DNA from: Clostridia bacterium
GTDB taxonomy: Bacteria; Bacillota; Clostridia; TANB77; CAG-465
Assembly (NCBI GenBank): GCA_045534225.1
Contig: JAZSJJ010000008.1
Span: forward strand, 843 to 64,842
Reading direction: 5' to 3'
Length of the DNA: 64,000 bases
Part shown: positions 50,606-59,581 of the stretch, in pieces
Numbering within the stretch: the stretch's first letter is position 1
How the letters are laid out: each line of letters opens with the position of its first letter
Notes under the pieces: model-generated
Databases searched by the model: none
Seen by the model: only the letters and a program-made list of their open reading frames with translations
What the model was told of the DNA's origin: nothing
Made by a program: the position numbers and the translations under genes

Positions 50606-51181
50606 ATGACAGAAATCAATGTATATGAACTTGAAGATGTTAACGTAGAAGTCATAAGAAAAAACAAGACTACACGGATTAACATCGTGGTTGATGGCAA
50701 AAAACAATGTTTAAGCTACGAAAGAACAAATGCACTTAGCTTTCTTAACTTTACTGTAACCGAGAGGTACATCGTTGCGTGCTTGGATTATGAAAAAAGA
50801 GTAGGCAAGGAAAATAGAGTTGCAGGGCTGTATGACAGAAAGGAAAAGCGAATCGTACAGGTTACAAAAGCAAATAGAGATGTAATCAAGTATAGTTTGC
50901 TTTGCAAGAAAGCGGTGTATTTATCCACTGTTTTGGAGTATCTGAACCACGGCAAGGCAGAAGCAGCTACTGAAGAAGAAGTAGAAGAGTTTACATCATT
51001 CCTTACTTCTAATAGAGAAATTCCAAGAAATGAGATAGAAGCGTGGATATATAAATCATATCCTATGCTTGAATCTTTTGCTAACCGTGACGAACCGCTT
51101 AAGTTTGAAGTATATCTTGCAGCGCTTCAAGCAGTAGGTAAAGAAGATTTGTATTTCTACGCAATGCCTATTACATTTTAA
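50606..51181 (+). CDS. Hypothetical protein, paralog A of an unassigned ~190-aa family
   Basis: 191 aa, GC ~38%. About 30% identical over its full length to the 53406-53984 product. Shared VDGxK, YPxL and MP motifs. Confidence 0.6.
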   Translation: MTEINVYELEDVNVEVIRKNKTTRINIVVDGKKQCLSYERTNALSFLNFTVTERYIVACLDYEKRVGKENRVAGLYDRKEKRIVQVTKANRDVIKYSLLCKKAVYLSTVLEYLNHGKAEAATEEEVEEFTSFLTSNREIPRNEIEAWIYKSYPMLESFANRDEPLKFEVYLAALQAVGKEDLYFYAMPITF

Positions 51182-51218
51182 CCTTTATATTTGGCTAGGA
51201 AAATAGCGGTATAAAGGA

Positions 51219-51251
51219 AAACACCACCCGGAAATTTGGGTGGTGTTTTGC
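51219..51251. terminator. Bidirectional GC-rich terminator
   Basis: AACACCACCC...GGGTGGTGTT stem between the convergent paralog A and MYG1 genes. Confidence 0.75.
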
Positions 51252-51261
51252 TATGCATAGA

Positions 51262-52158
51262 TTATTGTTTTTTGCCATTTGCAGTTGCAATTTTGCAAAG
51301 TTCAATAACATCTGCACGGGAGTTTGCACGCACAAAGAAACATGCATTGTGACAAAACGTAGCTGTGGGTACTCCAGAAATTGCAGGAAGATTTTCAGTT
51401 TGTCCTGCCCATTCTTTAGGGAACGAAATCCTTTGCTTGAATGGCTCATCTTTAGAGGGTGGTACGCATTGTGCTGCATATCCGCCAGAAGGATAAGGGA
51501 AAACAACGAAATCCACTTTACTAGGCGAGGTGTTGTTATGTTCAAAAACAACATTTTGCCATTTAATAAACTGCGAGGGGATTTCCATAATGTTTTCGGT
51601 TCCGCTTACTGCAAGAGCAATACGAAGAGCTGTGTTATCTTTTTCTTCGTGTACAATTTTAGCAATTGCTCTCCTTAAGATGACGCATGTATGTCTAAGA
51701 GCTTCTAAGAAACGAGCATCAGAAGAGTTTGGCTCATCCCAGTTAGGCAAGAAATACGCAATGTATTCAAAAGGCGAGTGAGACTTAATGCCGTTGTCGA
51801 TTTTATCCAAATCTTCAATAAGCTCTCTATCTACACGCTCTTTGCATGTTGCAATGTGGTCTTTAGAACAGGCAAAGTTTTTGAGAATTTCTTCTCCAAA
51901 TTCTTTCCATACAAGACCTGCGCTTGCATAAGGTGTGCCAGATGCGCGTATGCCATTTCCGCCAGGCATATGGTGATCAAACTTACCACCGCCAACATCT
52001 ACTACAATGTCGCAAAGGTTAAGAAGCTTGGGATCCCGAGAACGTACGAGTGTAATTTTGCCGTGGTGCAAGATAGAAAGAAGTGCTACAGATACGAGTT
52101 CGTCATAATGAAAAATTCCATTGTGTGTTCCAACAGAAACTGTACTAGAGTTATACAT
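51262..52158 (-). CDS. MYG1/UPF0160 family metal-dependent hydrolase
   Basis: 298 aa. The N-terminal HNGIFHYDE motif is characteristic of the MYG1 (GAMM1) family. GC ~45%. Confidence 0.75.
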   Translation of the reverse strand: MYNSSTVSVGTHNGIFHYDELVSVALLSILHHGKITLVRSRDPKLLNLCDIVVDVGGGKFDHHMPGGNGIRASGTPYASAGLVWKEFGEEILKNFACSKDHIATCKERVDRELIEDLDKIDNGIKSHSPFEYIAYFLPNWDEPNSSDARFLEALRHTCVILRRAIAKIVHEEKDNTALRIALAVSGTENIMEIPSQFIKWQNVVFEHNNTSPSKVDFVVFPYPSGGYAAQCVPPSKDEPFKQRISFPKEWAGQTENLPAISGVPTATFCHNACFFVRANSRADVIELCKIATANGKKQ

Positions 52159-52275
52159 TTGTTTAACCTCCTATAAATATTTTGCTACATTATATCAAAA
52201 ATGTTTACATAATTCAACCTTGAATCTTGAAAAGTTATGTTAAACAAGGTATAATTGAACATTAGGAGAAAGAAA

Positions 52276-53292
52276 ATGGTAAATATAGACGAACAAGAAA
52301 TAATAAATGCAGCTAAGGTAATAAAAGATGGTGGCTTGGTACTATTTCCAACAGAAACTGTGTATGGAATAGGAGCAAATGGTCTAAATGAAACAGCTGT
52401 AAAGAATATATTTAAGGCAAAAGGTAGGGCATCAGATAATCCATTAATATTACACATATCTCATGCAGATATGCTAAAAGACATTGCAAAAGATATATCT
52501 GAGCTAGAATATAAACTTATGGATGCGTTCTGGCCAGGTCCATTTACAATAGTACTAAACAAAACAGACATTGTACCAACTGTAGTGACTGGTGGGTTAG
52601 ATACTGTCGCAGTAAGAATGCCAAGAAACAAAATAGCAAATAGGCTTATACATTATGCTGGTGTGCCAATAGCAGCACCAAGTGCCAATATATCTGGTAA
52701 ACCAAGCGGTACTTGTGTTGAAGATGTGTATGATGAATTAAAAAATAGTATGGATTATATAATTGATGGTGGAAAGTGTGAAGTTGGCATAGAATCTACT
52801 GTTGTAAAAGTAGAAAATGGTAGCGTAAGAATACTAAGACCAGGAAGAATTACTAAAGAGGATATAGAAAGTATAGTTTCTTCAGTAATTTTAGATGAAC
52901 ATATTTTAGGAGAAGTAAAAGAAAATGAAAAAGTATTATCTCCAGGTATGAAGTACAGACACTATGCACCAAAAACAAAATGTATAATGATATACAGTGA
53001 AAATAACGAAAGTATGGTAAATAGGATAAATGAAATAGCAAATGAGTATTCTAAAGCTACAGTAATTTGTTCAAGGGGAAATAAAGATAAATATGTTGGT
53101 AAAGAAGTATTAGATTATGGTTCAAAGGAAAATTTAGAAGAAATATCTTCTAATATATTCTCAATGTTAAGAAATGCAGATAAAAATGAGTCGGATATAA
53201 TACTAATGGAAGGAATAGAATCAAAAGGAATTGGACTCGCGATTATGAATAGATTAATAAGAGCTTGCTCACATGAATTCTACATTGTATAA
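52276..53292 (+). CDS. L-threonylcarbamoyladenylate synthase (Sua5/YwlC type, with C-terminal Sua5 domain)
   Basis: 338 aa. YrdC fold motifs PTETVYGIG and DNPLILH, then a ~130-aa C-terminal domain. AGGAGAAAG RBS before the ATG at 52276. Confidence 0.85.
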   Translation: MVNIDEQEIINAAKVIKDGGLVLFPTETVYGIGANGLNETAVKNIFKAKGRASDNPLILHISHADMLKDIAKDISELEYKLMDAFWPGPFTIVLNKTDIVPTVVTGGLDTVAVRMPRNKIANRLIHYAGVPIAAPSANISGKPSGTCVEDVYDELKNSMDYIIDGGKCEVGIESTVVKVENGSVRILRPGRITKEDIESIVSSVILDEHILGEVKENEKVLSPGMKYRHYAPKTKCIMIYSENNESMVNRINEIANEYSKATVICSRGNKDKYVGKEVLDYGSKENLEEISSNIFSMLRNADKNESDIILMEGIESKGIGLAIMNRLIRACSHEFYIV

Positions 53293-53405
53293 CTTTACAT
53301 AAAATTGACAATTAAGTTCCAAGGTGATATAATAATATCGCTTTGGAACTTTGTTATATACTTAATAGTATCTGAGCAAAAAATATTAAAGAAAGGTAGA
53401 ACCAT

Positions 53406-53984
53406 ATGAAAGATGTAAGACGGATCAATTCAAGAGTTGAAGTAGAACGCAATGTAAGAATGAAGACCACTGCCATATCTGTAATTGTGGACGGAAATAA
53501 AACAGTCCTTGCAGATATGAAAACCAGCGATTACTTCTGGCTTAAGTACGAACATAACGATAGATACATCGTTGTATATTCCAGAGGTTGTATGGTAAAT
53601 CAGATTCCCCTTAAGGTAGAAGCTGCCTATGATATCAAAAACGAGAAGAAGATTGAGATTAAAAGGAGAAATCAAGTCGTTCTTGAATATATGCTTATCG
53701 GCAAAAAGCATTTCGAGATTGGCACAATCCTTGAGTTTATCAACGACAATGTGTTGAACATTGCCTCGGCTGAGGAAACTGAAGATTTCAAAAGATATCT
53801 TACGGCGGAGAATCCCAATATTACCCGTGAACAGGTAAAGGAGTATATCATAAGTTGCTATCCTGTCCTTGCAGCATATTGTGATTACGATTACATTATT
53901 ACTGTAATGGAATACAGAGCGCTTTTAGATAAGCTCGGTAACAACCTTTGTTTCCACATTATGCCGGAAGCTTTGGATAAGTAA
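53406..53984 (+). CDS. Hypothetical protein, paralog B of the same unassigned family
   Basis: 192 aa, GC ~40%. Collinear similarity to the 50606-51181 product. Confidence 0.6.
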   Translation: MKDVRRINSRVEVERNVRMKTTAISVIVDGNKTVLADMKTSDYFWLKYEHNDRYIVVYSRGCMVNQIPLKVEAAYDIKNEKKIEIKRRNQVVLEYMLIGKKHFEIGTILEFINDNVLNIASAEETEDFKRYLTAENPNITREQVKEYIISCYPVLAAYCDYDYIITVMEYRALLDKLGNNLCFHIMPEALDK

Positions 53985-54089
53985 CAAACAAGGCTACAAA
54001 CAATTTGTTTGTAGCCTTCATATTAACAACTATTGAAAAAACAAAAAACTAAATATATAATTTAATTAAATTTATTTTAGGAGGCAAAT

Positions 54090-54341
54090 ATGGAAAGAGA
54101 AGTAAAGCCATATACACTATGGCAACATTTCAAAGGAGCAAGAGCTATGGTAATTGCACTTGCTAAACACAGTGAAACAGGAGAAGAACTTGTTGTTTAT
54201 CGTTGTATGGATAACAATGGTAAGACAAACCACAAGGACGGAATTTATGCAAGACCACTTAGCATGTTCTTATCTGAAGTGGATCATGAAAAGTATCCTG
54301 AGGTTGAGCAAAAGTATCGCTTTGAGGAAATCAAAGACTAA
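54090..54341 (+). CDS. DUF1653 family protein
   Basis: 83 aa. YxLWQHFKG...VVYR pattern typical of DUF1653. GGAGG RBS. Confidence 0.65.
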   Translation: MEREVKPYTLWQHFKGARAMVIALAKHSETGEELVVYRCMDNNGKTNHKDGIYARPLSMFLSEVDHEKYPEVEQKYRFEEIKD

Positions 54342-54362
54342 AAAACATAAGGAGAAAACTTA

Positions 54363-54674
54363 ATGAAACTTAAATCATTCAAATTTCCAACATTCGAGGA
54401 ATGGATGAAAAAAGAGTGTAAAACTCGGGTAGAGCTTGGAGCATATTGTGTTGAAGTTCGTGCTTTTTCGTGGAGCAATAACGGAACAACCTATGTGTTT
54501 GCAGCATCTCTTGTAGACAGAAACCCGCTTAACATTTATTCACCGCAGCTTTTCTACAGACGCTTTGAATATGTAGGAGATGAAACTCCACTTAAGGAAT
54601 GGTATGAAAAATCCGTTCTGGAGTTTAACCAGTTCTTCGAAGAACTAGTTAAGAAAACATATCTTGAGGAGTAA
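54363..54674 (+). CDS. Hypothetical protein
   Basis: 103 aa with a GGAG RBS. Tightly packed with its neighbours. No motif found. Confidence 0.45.
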   Translation: MKLKSFKFPTFEEWMKKECKTRVELGAYCVEVRAFSWSNNGTTYVFAASLVDRNPLNIYSPQLFYRRFEYVGDETPLKEWYEKSVLEFNQFFEELVKKTYLEE

Positions 54675-54676
54675 AT

Positions 54677-54820
54677 ATGAAGAATGTGAGTAAGGAAAAA
54701 CGGATAATAACTACGCACGAACTTGGCAAGTATATCCTTGAAAAAGGAAAATGCCCTACGCCTATTTATCACGGAAAGGGTTACAAAGAAACAAGGCGTG
54801 CTAAACCTGTAAAGTTTTGA
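54677..54820 (+). CDS. Hypothetical small protein (47 aa)
   Basis: Not on the ORF track. GAGGAG RBS 6 nt before the ATG. Overlaps the stop of the preceding gene. Ends before the terminator at 54834. Confidence 0.3.
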   Translation: MKNVSKEKRIITTHELGKYILEKGKCPTPIYHGKGYKETRRAKPVKF

Positions 54821-54833
54821 TTAACCAAACAAG

Positions 54834-54864
54834 GAGACAAGATTATAATATCTTGTCTCTTTTG
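54834..54864. terminator. Bidirectional terminator
   Basis: GAGACAAGA...TCTTGTCTC stem followed by a T-run. Confidence 0.6.
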
Positions 54865-54893
54865 CTATATTGTTAAGATTAAAATAACATACA

Positions 54894-55541
54894 CTAAAAT
54901 TTATTAGTAAGTTTACGCCAAGTACTACATCCAACAATTCCATCAGATACTAAGTTGTTAGCTCGTTGGAAAGCTTTAACAGCGTTTAATGTTTTATTAC
55001 CAAAGATACCATCTATGCCACCAGTAGAGTAACCTAAATATCCTAAGGCGTCTTGTAATACCATTACATAAACACCGCGACTTCTAAACTTAATTAATGG
55101 GTAACCACCAGTAGAACAAGCAGGTGTTCCATAACGTTTATCGAAATGCACCCAAGTAGGTGTTAATGCTTTTGGCTCTACATATGTAAATAATCTACTA
55201 TCTATTGCAAGCTCACGTAGTCTATTTCTTGAAGCATTAGAGAATGTTTGAGCAGTATCCATTGCAAGACCGGCATAATGTTGAGACATTCCGCTGTGGC
55301 CACCTTGCCAGATTCTCTTAAATGCATATCCTACATATATTGGTTTGCCCCACTGACGTCTTAATGAATTCCAAGCTTGCATAAAAGCTTTAGTAGTCCA
55401 TAGTATATCTGACTTAGAACTTCCCTGAAATTCATCTACAGTTAAAGTGTTGCCAGTAACATATGGCATAGCTTCGTTTAAGTTTCTAGTATATTTTTCT
55501 ATTTTATTTGTATCTTGGTTGTACACAAGTATTGTAGCCAT
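54894..55541 (-). CDS. Peptidase M15 (L-Ala-D-Glu/D-Ala-D-Ala type) with C-terminal peptidoglycan-binding domain; endolysin-like
   Basis: HSGMSQHYAGLAMD is a Zn-binding M15 motif. The C-terminus carries a PG_binding_1-like repeat (LQDALGYLGY...DGIFGNKTLNAVKAFQ). Start set at the ATG with an AGGAGG RBS. GC is elevated. Confidence 0.65.
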   Translation of the reverse strand: MATILVYNQDTNKIEKYTRNLNEAMPYVTGNTLTVDEFQGSSKSDILWTTKAFMQAWNSLRRQWGKPIYVGYAFKRIWQGGHSGMSQHYAGLAMDTAQTFSNASRNRLRELAIDSRLFTYVEPKALTPTWVHFDKRYGTPACSTGGYPLIKFRSRGVYVMVLQDALGYLGYSTGGIDGIFGNKTLNAVKAFQRANNLVSDGIVGCSTWRKLTNKF

Positions 55542-55681
55542 AAAATCCTCCTGTATATGATAGTTTATGATTAAAGAATGAGTTGGTGACAAATTGTCAC
55601 CAATTGAACAGGTTTACATAAACTTGAAAATGATAGACGAGTGTGATATAATATGGCGCGTATTAAAAAGGAGGTATTGTT

Positions 55682-55939
55682 ATGACTATAACAAACAAAA
55701 GTGGTATGGAATTAACCGTGTTCGGCAAGAAAATTCGTCAAGGCCAAACGAGAGACTTTTCTGCAAAATACGATAGCGGCATAATGGTATTTTCCGATGC
55801 TGGATGTTGCAAAGTATATGTGGAGGAGGGAATTGTAAAATTTAAATCCGAGGGAAATATTGAAGCAAAATATGGCATGAAAAGAGATAAACGCGGTCAC
55901 AAAAGCGTAAATATTTACGCTAAAGGAAAAAAGGTATAA
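55682..55939 (+). CDS. Hypothetical small protein
   Basis: 85 aa with an AGGAGG RBS and a strong terminator. No motif found. Confidence 0.45.
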   Translation: MTITNKSGMELTVFGKKIRQGQTRDFSAKYDSGIMVFSDAGCCKVYVEEGIVKFKSEGNIEAKYGMKRDKRGHKSVNIYAKGKKV

Positions 55940-55947
55940 TAAAAGGA

Positions 55948-55978
55948 AAGAGTCACACTAAGAAGTGTGACTCTTTTA
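55948..55978 (+). terminator. Terminator
   Basis: AAGAGTCACAC...GTGTGACTCTT stem followed by a T-run. Confidence 0.7.
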
Positions 55979-56245
55979 ATTTGCAAATTAGGCAACAGCA
56001 ATTGATAAAACCCTTATGTAAAGGTGGGTATCTGTCCCAACGTTTAGGATTCTCTAATATATAAGAGCATTCAACACCGGTTGGTGAATTCCTGATTCCC
56101 TATCAAATTCTTGTAGATTTTCAAATGTTCTGTTACCTTAACTTCATTCTATCATGATAAAAAATATTTGTAAATAGGTTAATATAATAAATTTAGTGGT
56201 AATATTTTCTAGCTAAAACTTTATATAAAAAATCGAAAAATTTAG

Positions 56246-56274
56246 TTGACATTCTTTTTGTGGTGTGTTAATAT
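56246..56274 (+). promoter_or_regulatory. Sigma-A promoter for the tRNA
   Basis: TTGACA, 17-nt spacer, TAATAT, ending about 12 nt before the tRNA 5' end. Confidence 0.6.
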
Positions 56275-56286
56275 ATATACATGCCC

Positions 56287-56371
56287 GCGAGTATGGCGGA
56301 ATTGGCAGACGCGCCAGACTTAGAATCTGGTACCAACAGGTGTGTAGGTTCAAGTCCTATTACTCGCACCA
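56287..56371 (+). tRNA. tRNA-Leu (anticodon UAG), type II with long variable arm, encoded CCA
   Basis: Acceptor stem GCGAGTA/TACTCGC, anticodon stem CCAGA/TCTGG with loop CTTAGAA, T-arm GTAGG-TTCAAGT-CCTAT, then 3' ACCA. Confidence 0.9.
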
Positions 56372-56373
56372 AA

Positions 56374-56402
56374 GAGAACTACATAAGTAGTTCTTTTTTT
56401 TT
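56374..56402 (+). terminator. tRNA terminator
   Basis: GAACTAC-ATAA-GTAGTTC followed by T9. Confidence 0.75.
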
Positions 56403-56477
56403 ATGCCTTTTTGTTGACAAATAAATAGAAAATAATATATATTTTATTTGTAAAAAATGTTAACAAAGGAGGAAAAA

Positions 56478-57884
56478 ATGAAGAAGGGTATATCATTAAT
56501 AGTTTTAGTCATTACAATAATAGTAATGATAATACTTGCAGCAAGTGTAGTATTAACGCTTAGCAATACAGGTATAATTAATAGAGCAACCGAGGCAACT
56601 GAAAGTACAAATTTAAAGAATGTACAACAATTAGCAACACTAATATGGTCAGAAGCATATTTGGATAAAACCCCAGATTTAAATGCGGATTATATTAAAG
56701 ATAAATTAGAAGATGAAGGTATAAATACAGATAATTATGAAATTATTGTAGGAAATGGTGGAGTAACAGTAACACTAAAACCAAGTACGGGTAATACAGT
56801 TAGTGAAACAACGGCAGAGGGCGTTCCTATTCCAGTTGGATTTGTAAAATCACCATATGAAGGGGAAGGGACAAAAGCAGGCGGCTTAGTAATTTATGCG
56901 CTAACAGAAACTGAAATTGCTAATGGCGTAACAGACATAAGAACTATTGACGCATCGCATCAAGTTTCTATGGAAACAAGAAACCAATTTGTATGGGTAC
57001 CAGTAAATAACTTTAAAACAGAATTTGCAAGACAATCTATTCCGTTTTCTTGGGGAAGCCCACCAACACTTTCGAGTGTAGTAGGAGAAGGCTACTGGGA
57101 ACTACAATTAGATGAAAATAATATGCCAGTAGCAGATCAAGCTACTACATATATTTCTGAAAAAACTTTATCTGAATCAATAGCTATGTATAATAGTGTA
57201 AGTAAATATGGCGGCTTCTATATGGGAAGATATGAAGTAGGAGCAAAGAATATAGAAAATGACGAAACAATGGGATACATAGGAACAAGTGAATTTTCTA
57301 TAACAATGGGAAAATATCCATATGCTGATGCATTTTGGGGCGCAAGCATGACTAATGAAGAATTAGCAGGCTCTGCAATAACTATAGCAAGAAACTTCTA
57401 TCCAGAAACTAATACAAATTATGGAGCGGTATCTACATTAGCATATGGCGCACAATGGGATAGAACTATGGTATGGTGGACGGAGCAAGATGCTAGTATA
57501 GATTTGGCGGATAGCACAAGCTATGGTTTATTCTATGATTCAGTAATAACAACTGATGATTTAAATGAAAATGCAAAATATTCTGTATTTGATGGTACTA
57601 AATATTCTACATGGGCAGCAGCTACATCTAGAGGGAAGACAGAGGCGTTTTGGTTAATGACTACCGGAGCATATAAGAAAGCAAGCGTTTTAAATATATA
57701 TGATATGGCAGGAAGTTTACGTGAATGGACGATGGAAGCATATTCAACAAATATGCACGTAGTAAGAGGAGGACATTTCTATTTCCAAGGGGATGGAGAT
57801 CCTATAATATCTCGTTTAGGTGCAAGTTTAATGTGGCATGATGAAAGAGGATATGGCGCAAGAGTTGCATTGTATGTAAAATAA
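56478..57884 (+). CDS. Formylglycine-generating-enzyme (FGE/SUMF1)-domain protein with pilin-like N-terminal hydrophobic segment
   Basis: 468 aa. N-terminus MKKGISLIVLVITIIVMIILAA resembles a prepilin leader but has no Glu at +5. FGE hallmarks are present: GGFYMGRYEVG, IYDMAGSLREWT, VVRGGHF and YGARVALYV. AGGAGG RBS. Confidence 0.7.
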   Translation: MKKGISLIVLVITIIVMIILAASVVLTLSNTGIINRATEATESTNLKNVQQLATLIWSEAYLDKTPDLNADYIKDKLEDEGINTDNYEIIVGNGGVTVTLKPSTGNTVSETTAEGVPIPVGFVKSPYEGEGTKAGGLVIYALTETEIANGVTDIRTIDASHQVSMETRNQFVWVPVNNFKTEFARQSIPFSWGSPPTLSSVVGEGYWELQLDENNMPVADQATTYISEKTLSESIAMYNSVSKYGGFYMGRYEVGAKNIENDETMGYIGTSEFSITMGKYPYADAFWGASMTNEELAGSAITIARNFYPETNTNYGAVSTLAYGAQWDRTMVWWTEQDASIDLADSTSYGLFYDSVITTDDLNENAKYSVFDGTKYSTWAAATSRGKTEAFWLMTTGAYKKASVLNIYDMAGSLREWTMEAYSTNMHVVRGGHFYFQGDGDPIISRLGASLMWHDERGYGARVALYVK

Positions 57885-57899
57885 ATATATTGATTATAA

Positions 57900-57938
57900 A
57901 AAGTAACTAATTATTTGGTATAATTAGTTACTTTTTAT
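57900..57938 (+). terminator. Terminator
   Basis: AAGTAACTAATTA...TAATTAGTTACTT stem followed by a T-run. Confidence 0.7.
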
Positions 57939-57991
57939 TGTTATAAGATTGGCTATGTGATACTATGTATTTATATAATTAAGGGGGAAAT

Positions 57992-59101
57992 ATGGAAACT
58001 AGAAAGAAGATAATTATAGTAGCAGCTATAATAATAGCTTTAGCTACAGTTGCAATAGTTTGTCTAAATGAAGTAGGAATGCTAACAAGAGGCAAAACTA
58101 AACTTGAAAGAACAAATGGAACAACAGTAGTTCCAACCATGCTTGATGAATTAACAGCAGATAGTACATGGTGTGGAACATTTCAATTAATATGGAATGA
58201 TATGAAAAATGAAGTAGTTAAGAAAGATGTTGTGTTTACACCGCAAGAAGTTATGGCAGATAATTTAAATAAAGAAACATTTACTGAGAGTATGTTGTCT
58301 GAAGAATACTATTACAAAACATATGGTCTAAAATCTTTAGAATTAAAAGAAGAAATAGAAAAGGGAATAAAAGAGAAATTTAACCAAACAAGTGATATAT
58401 TAGATAAATTTGATTGGTCTGAAGAAGCATTAAATGATCCGAATGATCGTTCTACAAACAGATATTTCTTCTATACAATGTTATATAGAGAATTTGAATA
58501 TGAAAAGGAATTCGATAAACTACCAGATGGAAAATTTGGTGAATATACTGGAATAAAATACTTTGGTATAGATAAAAATACAAAGGATAAAGTTGGTAAC
58601 CAAATAGATGTATTGTATTACAATTCAGAAGATGACTTTGCATTATTAATAAATACTAAATCTAATGATGAAGTAATATTTGTAAAGAACCCACAAGGGA
58701 CTACTTTTAAAGCAATATATGAAGATATGTTATCTCAAGCTTCAAAGTATGAAGGAGATAAAAATTTTAAAGCAATAGACGAATTTAAGGCCCCAATGTT
58801 AGAGTACAATGAAGAAAGAGAATATACTGAACTTCAAGACAAAGAATTTCCAACTGCGTTTGGTACAGGAACTATAATTAAGACAATACAAACAATTAAA
58901 TTTGAACTTAATGAAAAAGGCGGAAAAATTAAAAGTGAAGCTGCTATGGATATGCAGGATACAGCGGCTATAGTTATAGATAAGAAACCAACTCCAAGAT
59001 ATTTCTATGTAGATGATACGTTTGCTATATTCCTAAGAGAAAAAGGTAAACCTATGCCATACTTTGCAGGTAGAGTTGAAGATATAACTAAATATCAATA
59101 A
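57992..59101 (+). CDS. Membrane-anchored serpin-like protein
   Basis: 369 aa with an N-terminal TM anchor. The C-terminal region resembles a serpin hinge and reactive-centre loop plus the final strands (NEKGGKIKSEAAMDM... FYVDDTFAIFLRE...PYFAGRV). Assigned by eye only. Confidence 0.4.
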   Translation: METRKKIIIVAAIIIALATVAIVCLNEVGMLTRGKTKLERTNGTTVVPTMLDELTADSTWCGTFQLIWNDMKNEVVKKDVVFTPQEVMADNLNKETFTESMLSEEYYYKTYGLKSLELKEEIEKGIKEKFNQTSDILDKFDWSEEALNDPNDRSTNRYFFYTMLYREFEYEKEFDKLPDGKFGEYTGIKYFGIDKNTKDKVGNQIDVLYYNSEDDFALLINTKSNDEVIFVKNPQGTTFKAIYEDMLSQASKYEGDKNFKAIDEFKAPMLEYNEEREYTELQDKEFPTAFGTGTIIKTIQTIKFELNEKGGKIKSEAAMDMQDTAAIVIDKKPTPRYFYVDDTFAIFLREKGKPMPYFAGRVEDITKYQ

Positions 59102-59117
59102 AATAATAAATAAAGCG

Positions 59118-59150
59118 TAATAACCGGTTACTCATGTAACCGGTTATTAT
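59118..59150. terminator. Bidirectional terminator
   Basis: 14-bp perfect stem TAATAACCGGTTAC/GTAACCGGTTATTA. Confidence 0.7.
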
Positions 59151-59154
59151 AGTC

Positions 59155-59415
59155 TTAATGGATAATTAAATTTGCAATTAAATTGGTAAGCCAAAATGCT
59201 ATTAAACAAGAACGGATGATGCTTTCTTTTTTATCTTTGTTAATAATGCTACAAATAAGTCCAATAAGGACTAAGGTGCTAATCAATGAACACATAAAAA
59301 TATGTGAAACAAAATTGAAAGCGGCTATTTGTAAGAATAATGTAATAAACATAATGATGTAAGCAAATCCAGTTGTTGCATTACCAACCACTTCTACTTT
59401 TCTTGGATCAATCAT
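59155..59415 (-). CDS. Hypothetical small membrane protein
   Basis: 86 aa with 2-3 TM helices. Confidence 0.4.
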   Translation of the reverse strand: MIDPRKVEVVGNATTGFAYIIMFITLFLQIAAFNFVSHIFMCSLISTLVLIGLICSIINKDKKESIIRSCLIAFWLTNLIANLIIH

Positions 59416-59581
59416 ACCACCCTCCAGTTGTAAGTATTCCTATTGCTTTTAAGCTTTAGGTTAAATAAGACTATGTATATATTATACTACAATTTAAATA
59501 AAAACTCAATTTGAATACTATTATTAGTTATAGATAAACAAATGTAAATTATTATCATACACTATATGGGAGGTAATTTAT

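Noticed and set aside
55940-56245. Hidden pseudogene (e.g. an integrase remnant) in the GC-elevated non-coding stretch before the tRNA
   Set aside because: All six frames are broken by frequent stops. No recombinase-like peptide fragments (R..H..R..Y box) could be recognised.
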